Positions 18,214 through 27,590 of a stretch of 40,860 nucleotides of DNA are shown here, in pieces. Under the pieces are notes generated by a model that saw only the letters and a program-made list of their open reading frames with translations, was not told the origin of the DNA and did no database searches. A program made the position numbers and the translations under genes. Numbering within the stretch: the first letter of the stretch is position 1; each line of letters starts with the position of its first letter. The stretch comes from a virus. Its lineage: Duplodnaviria > Caudoviricetes. The stretch spans positions 1-40,860 of IMG/VR virus record IMGVR_UViG_3300037566_000018; one strand, given 5' to 3'.

Positions 18214-18445
18214 ACTTTCTATCGTTTATCTCTTTTTGCTCTAAAATACCTAATGGTTTACGTAATGTTTCAAAACATTTAGTGTTGTGTTCATCCCATA
18301 ACTCAACCCTGCAATCTTGTACCATAGCTAAATCTTCGAGTATAGCCTTGCCCATAATACGAGCATTATTAATACCGTTTGCAGTACCAATAAACCTTTT
18401 CCTATTGGTTTTATTACTTACTAACTGTATGTTAATCATAGTCAT
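18203..18445 (-). CDS. Hypothetical early protein
   Basis: Overlapping ORF chain. Confidence 0.55.
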   Translation of the reverse strand: MTMINIQLVSNKTNRKRFIGTANGINNARIMGKAILEDLAMVQDCRVELWDEHNTKCFETLRKPLGILEQKEINDRKYGE

Positions 18446-18698
18446 GTTCTTTCATTATCTTTGTTATACTGCGTATTAGTTTATCGAATAGTGTACGCAC
18501 GTTTTCGCTACTAGCTTTAGTAGTTTGCTGGTAAAGCTTAGGTTTTACCCCTTGTTTACGTACTTCTAATTGAATTACTTTAGAATCATCTAACCATTTT
18601 ATATGTATTTCCATTTGTTCTTCAGAATGCTCCTGCTTTATGTAAACAAGCCCAATTAAGTATGGATATTTCTTCTTTATCGTCCATAAGTCTGGCAT
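18432..18698 (-). CDS. Hypothetical early protein
   Basis: ORF chain; start uncertain (may be ~18614). Confidence 0.5.
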   Translation of the reverse strand: MPDLWTIKKKYPYLIGLVYIKQEHSEEQMEIHIKWLDDSKVIQLEVRKQGVKPKLYQQTTKASSENVRTLFDKLIRSITKIMKEHDYD

Positions 18699-18804
18699 TT
18701 TTACGTAATTCTTTTAACTCGCGCATAGTATAGCGACCCGCGCATTCAATGCCTTGGGCTTTACGTTTTGCCTTTGCTTCTTTACTCATGTCTAGTGTTG
18801 TCAT
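18622..18804 (-). CDS. Hypothetical early protein
   Basis: GGAGG RBS upstream. Confidence 0.55.
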   Translation of the reverse strand: MTTLDMSKEAKAKRKAQGIECAGRYTMRELKELRKNARLMDDKEEISILNWACLHKAGAF

Positions 18805-18811
18805 AATAATC

Positions 18812-18946
18812 CTCCGTTTTAATAGACAGTCTATCCCACGTGCCTTGAGTATGTCTTTTACATTTTACGTAATCAATACATCGGACGCTCAATGGTTAAG
18901 CTGTGTCCTATCTTATACTGCCAATAGACTGCCTGTTAAAAAGGAG
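18812..18946 (-). ncRNA. Long stem-loop RNA element closed by a 23-bp imperfect inverted repeat
   Basis: 18812-18834 CTCCGTTTTAATAGACAGTCTAT versus 18924-18946 ATAGACTGCCTGTTAAAAAGGAG (20/23 Watson-Crick); internal hairpin GGAC..GCTTAA-CCA-TTGAGC-GTCC. Confidence 0.6.
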
Positions 18947-18960
18947 TAATTAACTCTCTG

Positions 18961-19180
18961 ACCCTTGGCGATATGTTTCAATCCCCTTTGCACTCGCACC
19001 TATTTTCCATAAACGGTATAGAGTCCTGTCCTTCGGCTTAACGCTTCACTAGCGCGTATCCAACAAGGGTTTTTATCACGGCACTCTTGTTATTGCACCT
19101 TCTTACCATTGACGCAGGTATCGCGTATGCTCACCGTAGTTTACATATCATAGCCCACCGTAATGGACTAGTTATGGAAA
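18961..19180 (-). ncRNA. Multi-stem structured RNA candidate
   Basis: Stems 19004-12/19172-80, 19013-17/19133-37, 19151-57/19164-70, 19062-67/19086-91; two ACGC/GCGT hairpins; extra pairings 18961-67/19064-70 and 18970-76/19143-49. Confidence 0.5.
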
Positions 19181-19181
19181 C

Positions 19182-19496
19182 TTACTTGCGCTTACCCAGT
19201 ATGCGGGCGTTATGCTCAGCAATGTTCACAGGCTTACCGCCCCGTGTTACAGTCTCCGGCATATCGAAGTATTTATTTAAGGCATTATCCTTCTTGCCGC
19301 CATTTGTATAGTAATCTAAAACCAGCCCTTGAGCCATGTTCTTAATCCTTTGTCTTTGAGCGTCTGCCCTATGCTCCGCTCCAGTGTCATCAGAATAGCA
19401 AAACCACAGATAAAAGCAAGCAACAATCATAAAAAGATAAAAGAAAGTTTGTAATAATGTGTCTTTGTTTAGCTTATCCGAGTAATTATGTTTCAA
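19182..19496 (-). CDS. Single-TM protein, first gene of the leftward arm
   Basis: TM segment FFYLFMIVACFYLWFCY; start uncertain. Confidence 0.5.
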   Translation of the reverse strand: MKHNYSDKLNKDTLLQTFFYLFMIVACFYLWFCYSDDTGAEHRADAQRQRIKNMAQGLVLDYYTNGGKKDNALNKYFDMPETVTRGGKPVNIAEHNARILGKRK

Positions 19497-19727
19497 TATT
19501 GGTGTTACTTGTCATAACTAAGACTAATTAGGATTAGATTCCTATGTTTATTTCCCTCTTTTATAGGCCATAGTATAACCCTTGTATTGGTTGGTTAGTG
19601 TCAACGGTTGGTGGTAGGTAAGTATATATTGGTTGGTAGATAACAAGTGTTTGTTACCAAGTATTATAGTTGGTAGTAAACATCTATTGTTAGTTGCCTA
19701 ATGCCATGTTATGTAGATGATTAGGGT

Positions 19728-19791
19728 TAGGAATATAGTCTCATAGGAATGTAGTCTTATAGGAATACAGTCTTATAGGAATACAGTCTTA
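19728..19791. repeat. 4 x 16-bp tandem repeat TAGGAAT(AT/GT/AC)AGTCT(C/T)A
   Basis: Units at 19728, 19744, 19760, 19776; related palindrome-like TAGGATTATAGTCCTA at 19900-19915. Confidence 0.92.
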
Positions 19792-20183
19792 TTGTGTCGC
19801 ACCTCAACATTCACACCCTTACCAGCCCTAGTATGTCGTTGTCATAATACCTACTACATATAGTTGTCATAATCATAGAGTAACACTATCATGTATAACT
19901 AGGATTATAGTCCTATCTTCTCTCGTATTCCCATAACAATCTATGCAAAGAACGCATAGCTATAGTATATCTATACCATTGTCATAACTACGTCATAGAT
20001 TTACATAAGTCACTCGAATAATTATGGAAAGGTTATCATATATATGTTAAACAGGAGGGGGAGGGGAGAAAAAGAGGGGGGCTTGTTATATAGTATATGT
20101 AGCACTCCCCACAATCGGACAATTTTTTCATTTGGGTTCAAACCCACCTATACCTATAATAGGAATACATACCTAAAACATAC

Positions 20184-20213
20184 TTGTATTAACCCCTTAC
20201 TATCCTTTACAAT
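20184..20213 (+). promoter_or_regulatory. Sigma70-like promoter for terS (probably leaderless)
   Basis: TTGTAT-18-TACAAT ending 7 nt before the ATG at 20220; no SD. Confidence 0.45.
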
Positions 20214-20219
20214 AGTTGT

Positions 20220-20885
20220 ATGGATAAAGATAACGAAAATATAGCCCTAGAAGGCCAAATAAAGCTCACTGATGGCGATGAAAAGAAAATCCTTGAGGAT
20301 GATAAGGAAGAAAGTAAACAGCTTTCTCCGGCGCTGAAATCCTCTAACACAGAAAAGAAGGTTTACGGCCTAGAGAAAACTAAAGCTACTTTGAAGGCTT
20401 CTTTAAAACCTGTAAATAAAAGGGGGAGGGCATTGGTTAATTCTGATGAACAAGAATACTTTTGTAAGTTAAGAGCAGATGGTCGTAACCAAACTGATTC
20501 AGCTCGTATTGCTTACCCTAACGATTCTAACCCCCGTCAAAGAGGATACGAATTAATGCAAATGCCTCATATCAAAGAAAGGATTGAAGAGCTTAAAACA
20601 GAAAGAGCCTATGCTGCTAAACTGGTAGACCCACAAGAATCCTTAATTAGATGGAATGAAATCTATAACAATGCTATGGAACAAGGTGAGATTAAAGTAG
20701 CCATTGAAGCCCAAAAGCAGATAGATAAGATTAATGGTGCTGAAGCTTACGTTGTTAAACAACAATTAGAAGTGAAGGGATTATTCCGTGGGGAAGAAGA
20801 GGAAGAATGGGCTAAATCAGCTAAGCGTCTTTCCTCTCTTATTCAAACTGATTTAGTACCAAAAGACCCTAATAAAGTTAACTAA
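20220..20885 (+). CDS. Terminase small subunit
   Basis: HTH segment QEYFC...G.NQTDSARIAY...GYELMQ.PHIKERIEEL; A..A...I.KI.G; upstream of TerL. Confidence 0.8.
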   Translation: MDKDNENIALEGQIKLTDGDEKKILEDDKEESKQLSPALKSSNTEKKVYGLEKTKATLKASLKPVNKRGRALVNSDEQEYFCKLRADGRNQTDSARIAYPNDSNPRQRGYELMQMPHIKERIEELKTERAYAAKLVDPQESLIRWNEIYNNAMEQGEIKVAIEAQKQIDKINGAEAYVVKQQLEVKGLFRGEEEEEWAKSAKRLSSLIQTDLVPKDPNKVN

Positions 20886-21418
20886 ATATCCGAGAAATTA
20901 GCAAAAATCACCTATTTTCAAAAAAGCTGTCAAGTCTTTTTTTATACCTGTAATTTCAATTAGTTAAGTACTAAAAACACCCTAATTCCAAAAAGTATGT
21001 GATACACTATATATACATTCCTACTATGATATAGACTATCTATGAGATTGACTATCAGTGAGTAGATATCTATAAACTCTTTGACTCAGTTAATCAACTT
21101 AATTCTCTTATAACTTTCAGCTTTCTCATTTAATACGTTCTCTACTGAACTACATCAGTGATTAATTCTTCGAGTAACTAGTTTTTCAATTATTCCATAC
21201 CAATACCCACATACTCCTTAAAGCGAATCCCCTTCAAAGGGGTGAGCGCTTAAAAGGGTGAGACAGACAAATAAAAAGACTTCACTATAAATTACTCAGT
21301 ATAATCCTCCCTTCTGATAAAACTCTTCAGTATTACTTAAGTGTTTCTATACAGATTGTCTCTCGCGTCAGTAGTTAACTATACTATAGTAAATATATTT
21401 CTCTCCTTTTAAATTAAT

Positions 21419-21448
21419 TTGACAAATTATTTTATAATAGCGTATTCT
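21419..21448 (+). promoter_or_regulatory. Sigma70-like promoter for terL
   Basis: TTGACA-18-TATTCT, flanked by a TCTCCTT/AAGGAGA inverted repeat. Confidence 0.55.
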
Positions 21449-21507
21449 ATTTTAAGGAGAACCCCATTAAAATAAAGAAAAAAAGTGGTTAGAGAAGAAA
21501 TCTAAAA

Positions 21508-23163
21508 GTGTTTCAAACTAAAGAAGAATATTTAGAATTTATTTCAGGTGTAAACCTTGAAGAACTCCCAAAAGAAGCAGTCGATGAAATAACAAAGTTT
21601 TTAGAAAATGAAGCCATTTCTATGGCTAGAGAAAGCTTTTATCATTATGTGCTCTTAATGGGGCCTACTCGTATTGAAGGTTTTCAAACTGGAAGACATA
21701 TTCAAAGAATCTGCCAAGAACTACAAGAATTAGGAGAAAATATTTGGAGAAAAACAGGACTTACTCCAAGAAAAATGATTTCTTTACCCCCCGGTGGTAT
21801 GAAGTCGGAATTATGTTCTAGGCTTTTCCCTTCTTGGTTATTAGGAAGATGGCCGAAAATCAGAATTATTCTTGTTGGACATGGTATTGAGTTCGCCAGA
21901 GACGAGTTCGGAGCCAAAATACGTGATATTGTCCGTTCTCCTGAATTTAAAGTTATCTTTCCTTCTACAGAATTAAGAGAGGATAAACAAACAGCAGGCC
22001 GTTTCCTAACAAAAGTAGGTGGTGAAATGGTATGTACGTCACTCGAAGCCAAAATAGCTGGTCGTCGTGGTCATATTGTTATCTGCGATGATGCTTTAGT
22101 TGAAGAAGATGCTCTTTCTAAGCCTATACGTATGCGTATGGTAGGCCAATATATGCCCAACCTAAGGTCTCGTTTGTTAATGACACCCGATTGTGCTGAA
22201 CTTCAAGTAGGAACAAGATGGACACAAGGCGATTTATTCGATTATTTAGAAAAAGAAGATAGAAATTCAGGTAGTCCGTGGAAAATTATCAAGATTCCCG
22301 CTCTTTTAGATGAAGAAGCTTCCGAGTATCTACGAGAAGAGGGGGACCCGGAAGGGTATTTAGTTAAAGATTCCTCCTTTTGGCCAGAATTTCACCCAAC
22401 TAATAAACTAGAGATGCTACGCGCCTCTTTTATTAACAATATGCCTCGGTGGAATGCTGTCTATATGCAAAATCCGACTCCAGAATCAGGACAAATGATT
22501 AATCCTTCCGATTTTAAACATTGGACAGAAGAAGCATCTCCGGATTGCCACACCTATATAGTAACCGCAGATACCGCGTATACAAAAGGGACTCAAAGCG
22601 ATTTTACTGCATATCAATTATGGGGTTTATTTAATTATCAAGACCATGATTCACCAAATTCTATCTATAAAACTCATGCCATCTTATTAAATTCTAAAAA
22701 AGGTAAATGGGACTATCCAGAACTTGTTAATTTATTTATGGATATGTATAGACAAGATAAAGTAGATATAATTATTATTGAAGAACGCTCTTCTGGTTTA
22801 TCCCTTGTTCCCGATTTACAAAAAAGGGGGCTTCCTGTATATGGATGGAAGACTGAAAAAGATAAAATTATGAGGATGCAGGCTGCTGCCCCTCTTGTTA
22901 AGAGTGGAATTATCTGGGTGCCTATGCCAGAAGATGATGCTGCTGTTTGTACTAAATCAACAGACTTTATAACCGAAATATGTACATTTCCCGGAGGTAA
23001 CCATGATGATGTTCCTGATGCATTTTCACAATTCCTCCTTTTCTGCCGGGATAATAACGTATTAACAGACCAAGATTACTTATATCAGGAAGTAGAAGAG
23101 GAAGAAGAGGACGATTTTTATATCGGCGGCGGCTCTTATACATCAAGCTACCTTCGGGGGTAG
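21508..23163 (+). CDS. Terminase large subunit
   Basis: PPGGMKS Walker A region, IVICDD Walker B, GTRW..D, YMQNP; nuclease motifs ADTA..SDFTA and FP...HDD..DA. Confidence 0.93.
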   Translation: MFQTKEEYLEFISGVNLEELPKEAVDEITKFLENEAISMARESFYHYVLLMGPTRIEGFQTGRHIQRICQELQELGENIWRKTGLTPRKMISLPPGGMKSELCSRLFPSWLLGRWPKIRIILVGHGIEFARDEFGAKIRDIVRSPEFKVIFPSTELREDKQTAGRFLTKVGGEMVCTSLEAKIAGRRGHIVICDDALVEEDALSKPIRMRMVGQYMPNLRSRLLMTPDCAELQVGTRWTQGDLFDYLEKEDRNSGSPWKIIKIPALLDEEASEYLREEGDPEGYLVKDSSFWPEFHPTNKLEMLRASFINNMPRWNAVYMQNPTPESGQMINPSDFKHWTEEASPDCHTYIVTADTAYTKGTQSDFTAYQLWGLFNYQDHDSPNSIYKTHAILLNSKKGKWDYPELVNLFMDMYRQDKVDIIIIEERSSGLSLVPDLQKRGLPVYGWKTEKDKIMRMQAAAPLVKSGIIWVPMPEDDAAVCTKSTDFITEICTFPGGNHDDVPDAFSQFLLFCRDNNVLTDQDYLYQEVEEEEEDDFYIGGGSYTSSYLRG

Positions 23164-23189
23164 AACGAGTAGCTATCCAAGATATTAAA

Positions 23190-23198
23190 TGATATACT
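23190..23198 (+). promoter_or_regulatory. Extended -10 promoter (TGATATACT) before portal; probably leaderless
   Basis: TGnTATACT ends 8 nt before the ATG at 23206; no SD. Confidence 0.45.
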
Positions 23199-23205
23199 AA
23201 TCACT

Positions 23206-25671
23206 ATGGCTGACGAATTATCCAAACTTATAGAAAAAGATTTCGAGACTCCAGATGAGGAACTCGATATAGAACTATTTCCCGCTGATGACGATGGCAA
23301 TATCGAAGTTATCTTTTCCGAAAGAGAAGATGAAGAACTTGAAGCAGATGTAGATTCTAACGAACATAATGCTAACCTAGCTGCTTTCCTCGATGATGAA
23401 ACTATTATTAAAATCCAACAGTTTTGTCAAGAAAGATATCAAGAAGATTTAACTTCTAATTCTGATTTCTTTGAAGGAATTAATTTAGGATTAAGTAAAT
23501 TAGGTTTAACTATTGAAGAATTAGACGACCCTTTTCCCGGTGCCTCCCCCATCACCCACCCTTTGATTTTGGAGTCAGCCCTAAAAACTCAGGCGAAAAT
23601 TATGGGGGAAATATTCTCAGGTAAAGGTTTAGTAGACACTTACCTAATCACAGAAAGCAATGAAGAAACTTTAGCAACTAGTAATCGTGTAAGAAATTAT
23701 ATGGATTATCAATATCTCTATCAGATGAAAGAGTTTATTGCTGATACTGAAAAAATGTCTTTGAGATATGCTTTAACGGGTAATGCTTACCGTAAATATT
23801 ATTTTGACCCAATTCAGAATAGACCCCGTACTAAATATTTAACAGAAGATAAATTCATTATTAATTCTAGTGCATCTACAATTGGGGATACTGATTTCCA
23901 TACTGAGTTATTTACACTGGATAGACACGAACTTGAACATCTAGGAGAACTAGGTGAGTACATCAATGTAGACGAGTATGAATATTCCGATGGCTTTCGT
24001 TTAGAAGCTGATATTCATAGTGACGTAGCTCCTACCGGTAATTCTACTCCTACTGAAGTAGACCAAGATATTATTGTAGAAGGAACAGGAGACCCTATGG
24101 GCTATGGCTCCGGTGTTGGGTCAAATAAATTCCAATTAAGAGAGCATCACTGTTATCTAAAATTACCCGTCCCTTATAATGATGGTTCAGAAAGAGCTCT
24201 ACCATATATTGTAACAATTGAAGATTCGAGAAACAAAGTTTTAGCAATCAGACGTAACTGGAAAGAGCAAGACCCTCTTCGTTTAAAAAGAGTTTGGTAT
24301 GCCCATTATCAGTTAATTCCCGGACTTGGGTTTCACGGTATGGGTTATATACATATTCTTGGCAATTTCCAGTTCGCGCTTACTTCTATTTTACGTAGTT
24401 TAATTGACTCAGGACAATTTGCTAACCTACAAGGAGGATTTAGAGCTAAAGGTGTTCGATTTACTCGGGACTCGCAAATGCCTATTCGTTTTGGTGAGTT
24501 TAGAGAGATTGATACTGGTACGAAAAATATTAAAGATGTTCTAATGCCTTTGGATTTCAAAGAACCGAGCCAAGTCTTGGAAAGAATAGTTCAGTTCTTA
24601 GATGGCCGTGCTCAGAAGTTCGCAGACTCGACAGAGCAGGTCATTGCGGATTCCACAAATTATGGGCCAGTTGGTACAACTGTTGCCCTTCTAGAAGCAT
24701 CTACTAAATTTACTTCAGGTATTCTAAAAAGATTTTATAATAGTTTAAAAGCTGAATTTGAAATTCTACATGATTTGAACTATGATGTTTTAGATGAAAC
24801 ACAAGACTTTTTCCTAAAAGGAGAGATGTTCTCTGTTCGGAGAGAAGACTTTAGTGGCAAAGTTGATATTATGCCTGCTGCCGACCCCAATCTTTCTTCT
24901 TCTGCACATAGAATTGCTATTGCTCAAACAAAATTAGCTGCTGCACAACAAGCTCCAGATTTTCATGACCTACGTGCTGCATATACTGAGTTTTATTCCC
25001 AAATTGGGATGGAACCAGAGGAGATTGAAAGATTACTACCTTCTCCACAAGAAGCTGTACCTCTTGACCCATTATCCGATATTGTTACTCTTTCTCAAGG
25101 TAAACCAATTAGAGCATTTGAGGGTCAAGACCACGAAGCCCATATTGCCTTTAAACAAGCTTTCTTACAAGACCCTAAGGGTGGTGGGCAAGAATTAGCT
25201 GCAAATATTATTCCCCTTTTACAGGCCAATATTGCAGAACATGCAATGCTGCTTTATGTTCGTGATTTAGGAGCTCAACTGAAGCTTAATGGAGCTAATC
25301 CTCAAAGTGAAAAAGCAATGGCAGATGCCGCTCTACAGATACAGCGTTTCCATGAAGAAATTGCCTTTGAAGAGGCATTAGCTTCTAAAGACCCCGCTGC
25401 TATGTTAGCTCAAAGTGAATTAGAAAACGCGGCTACACGTAAAGAGGAACTTGCTCATAAGAAAGAAATCGATACTGGTAAACTGGCTTTAGAAGATAGA
25501 AAACTGAATCTTAAAGCGGCAGAGCTTTTACAGGATTCTGCTGAAGCTTCTGATAAAATTAGGGCAGATTTTGCCAAGGCTAGGTTCCAAGCTGGTTCTG
25601 GAATGATACAAAAAGCCCTTGAGGACCTAAATATGCCTAATAATGTCGGACCAGTTGACAAAACGAAATAA
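23206..25671 (+). CDS. Portal protein
   Basis: 821 aa after TerL; PFPGAS...HP, LPYIVTI, IRRNW, PGLGF.G.G, LIDSG..ANL.GGF, PVGTT.ALLE pattern of podovirus-type portals. Confidence 0.9.
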   Translation: MADELSKLIEKDFETPDEELDIELFPADDDGNIEVIFSEREDEELEADVDSNEHNANLAAFLDDETIIKIQQFCQERYQEDLTSNSDFFEGINLGLSKLGLTIEELDDPFPGASPITHPLILESALKTQAKIMGEIFSGKGLVDTYLITESNEETLATSNRVRNYMDYQYLYQMKEFIADTEKMSLRYALTGNAYRKYYFDPIQNRPRTKYLTEDKFIINSSASTIGDTDFHTELFTLDRHELEHLGELGEYINVDEYEYSDGFRLEADIHSDVAPTGNSTPTEVDQDIIVEGTGDPMGYGSGVGSNKFQLREHHCYLKLPVPYNDGSERALPYIVTIEDSRNKVLAIRRNWKEQDPLRLKRVWYAHYQLIPGLGFHGMGYIHILGNFQFALTSILRSLIDSGQFANLQGGFRAKGVRFTRDSQMPIRFGEFREIDTGTKNIKDVLMPLDFKEPSQVLERIVQFLDGRAQKFADSTEQVIADSTNYGPVGTTVALLEASTKFTSGILKRFYNSLKAEFEILHDLNYDVLDETQDFFLKGEMFSVRREDFSGKVDIMPAADPNLSSSAHRIAIAQTKLAAAQQAPDFHDLRAAYTEFYSQIGMEPEEIERLLPSPQEAVPLDPLSDIVTLSQGKPIRAFEGQDHEAHIAFKQAFLQDPKGGGQELAANIIPLLQANIAEHAMLLYVRDLGAQLKLNGANPQSEKAMADAALQIQRFHEEIAFEEALASKDPAAMLAQSELENAATRKEELAHKKEIDTGKLALEDRKLNLKAAELLQDSAEASDKIRADFAKARFQAGSGMIQKALEDLNMPNNVGPVDKTK

Positions 25672-25683
25672 TTCATATATATT
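25655..25683 (+). promoter_or_regulatory. Sigma70 promoter upstream of the chaperonin cassette
   Basis: TTGACA-17-TATATT. Confidence 0.6.
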
Positions 25684-25717
25684 GATTGGCATATATGGAA
25701 AATAATGTGAGGAAACA

Positions 25718-25978
25718 ATGTCTGATGGACAGATAGTTATACGTGCTGATGATGATTCTATTATCAGTGATTTAATGAAATACATACAAGATACAAAAAG
25801 TTTTTTGCAAGGGCAAATGACTCAAAATCTAATTGATAACCATCATCATGATGCTGGTATTTGTGCTGCCCGTATTTATCAATTAGATGAAGTTGTAGAT
25901 GAATTAAAAGATATTATTGAGGAACAAACGAAAGGTAACGGAGATGAACGAGCTACGCCAACCCGAATCACCAACTAA
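25718..25978 (+). CDS. Small helical protein after portal
   Basis: ORF with GAGGA RBS. Confidence 0.6.
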   Translation: MSDGQIVIRADDDSIISDLMKYIQDTKSFLQGQMTQNLIDNHHHDAGICAARIYQLDEVVDELKDIIEEQTKGNGDERATPTRITN

Positions 25979-27590
25979 AAATAAAGAATTAAAATTTGGG
26001 AGTGAATCCCGAGAAGAAATTATGAAAGGTGTTGACTTAATTGCTAACGCTGTTAAAGCAACCCTTGGTCCTAGGGGCCGCAATGTAGTTATTGAACAAT
26101 CTAAAACTACTGGTTTAATGCAAAACTATGTAGGATTAATGCCCCGTATTACAAAAGACGGTGTTTCTGTTGCTAAAGAAATAAATGTAGATGATAAATT
26201 CCAAAATCTAGGTGTACAGATTGTAAAAGAAGTTGCTACTCGTCAAAATGAGATGGCAGGAGATGGTACAACAACTGCAACTGTTTTAGCTCAAGCTATT
26301 GCTAGAGATGCCATGCAATGTATTAATAATGGTATTAATCCTGTTACGTTAAAACGTGAAATGGATGAAACGGTTAAAGAAGCTATCGAGTATATTTCTT
26401 TAAATGCAATAGATGTTAAAGATACTGAAAGCCTAAAAAATATCGCTACTATTTCAGCTAATGGCGATACAGAAGTAGGTAATATCGTTTCTAAGGCTGT
26501 TGAAGAAGTTGGCCCTCACGGTATTATTTCTGTAGAACCCGCACCTCTAGATGAAATGACTTTAGATATTGTTGAGGGTATGGAGTTTCCTGCGGGTTTC
26601 GCTTCTAACCATTTTATTACGCATCCAGATAAAGGTATTGCTGATTTAACTGACTGTAATATTTTATTTTATGATGCAAAGATTAATGATATTAAAGAAA
26701 TTCTTCCTGTAGTTAATCTATGCCATGAAGCCGGAAAAGCTCTTATTGTTATTTGTCCTGATATAGCAAGTGATGTTCTTTCTACTCTTGTTTTGAATAA
26801 AGTTCGAAATGGATTAAAAATTGCAGTTCTTAAATTGCCTGATTTCCTCCCTTCTAGAGCAGATATGATGGAAGACTTAGCAATTGTGACTGGTGGAATT
26901 GTTATTAACGCAGAAAGTGGCTTAGGTATTGGTAGTGTTACACAGGAACATTTAGGTTATTGTAAACGTGTTCGAGTAGGTCAAGAATTATCTGAATTTA
27001 TTGATGGTGATAAAGATGCTGAAAAATTAGAAACCCGTATTGCTCACCTAAAGTCTTTGGTCGAGGAGACTAAGAAAACAGATTCCAAATATACGCTTTT
27101 AGAAGGTAGATTGGCTAAACTCAGTGGTGGTATTGCCGTTATTCGAGTAGGTGGTTCTTCTGAAATTGATATTGGTGAACGTAAAGACCGCATTGAAGAT
27201 GCTATTAATGCTACTAAAGCCGCAGTAGAAGAGGGAATTGTTGCTGGTGGTGGTACCATGCTTCTTAGAGTATCTGAGTATTTATCTCGAAATTCAGGAA
27301 CTTCAAAAGGGGCAGATTTAATTATTAAAGCGCTGCAATCCCCCTTCTATACAATTCTTGCAAATGCAGGTGTAGATGAGGAAGAAGCCAAATCTATCAT
27401 GTTACAAGTACTAAAAACGAAAGATGAAGGCTTTGATGTAGATAAAAACGAGTTCTGTAATCTTATTAAGCAAGGGGTTATTGACCCTGCAAAAGTTGTT
27501 AAAAACGCTTTAAAAGATGCTGCTAATGTGGTTGGCCTCTTAATTACGACAGAAGTAAGTATTGTCAATACTGAAAAAGGACTTGAATAA
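25944..27590 (+). CDS. groEL: Chaperonin GroEL (phage-encoded)
   Basis: TLGPRGRNV, ITKDGVSVAKEI, GDGTTTATVLAQAI, ISANGD, KDRIEDA..ATKAAVEEGIV.GGG, IDPAKV; ATG 25944 preferred to TTG 25917. Confidence 0.97.
   Translation: MNELRQPESPTKNKELKFGSESREEIMKGVDLIANAVKATLGPRGRNVVIEQSKTTGLMQNYVGLMPRITKDGVSVAKEINVDDKFQNLGVQIVKEVATRQNEMAGDGTTTATVLAQAIARDAMQCINNGINPVTLKREMDETVKEAIEYISLNAIDVKDTESLKNIATISANGDTEVGNIVSKAVEEVGPHGIISVEPAPLDEMTLDIVEGMEFPAGFASNHFITHPDKGIADLTDCNILFYDAKINDIKEILPVVNLCHEAGKALIVICPDIASDVLSTLVLNKVRNGLKIAVLKLPDFLPSRADMMEDLAIVTGGIVINAESGLGIGSVTQEHLGYCKRVRVGQELSEFIDGDKDAEKLETRIAHLKSLVEETKKTDSKYTLLEGRLAKLSGGIAVIRVGGSSEIDIGERKDRIEDAINATKAAVEEGIVAGGGTMLLRVSEYLSRNSGTSKGADLIIKALQSPFYTILANAGVDEEEAKSIMLQVLKTKDEGFDVDKNEFCNLIKQGVIDPAKVVKNALKDAANVVGLLITTEVSIVNTEKGLE

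Noticed and set aside
18812-18946. Functional retron or DGR
   Set aside because: No reverse transcriptase in the window, and no TR/VR pair with adenine-specific mismatches seen
19004-19180. Hammerhead ribozyme
   Set aside because: A three-way junction is present, but the CUGANGA and GAAA core is not
1813-19311. Plus-strand ORFs in the left arm and alternate-frame ORFs (e.g. 4023-4487, 4271-4645, 9146-9406, 14170-14481, 18132-18479)
   Set aside because: Antisense or out-of-frame shadows of better-supported minus-strand genes, with no motifs
19572-19604. Leftward sigma70 promoter TTGACA...TATACT
   Set aside because: Spacer is 21 nt, too long to call as a canonical promoter
19728-19791. CRISPR array
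   Set aside because: 16-bp units are contiguous with no spacers, and no cas genes are present
20044-20244. 66-aa ORF upstream of terS
   Set aside because: Low-complexity, overlaps the promoter-like sequence and has no RBS or motif
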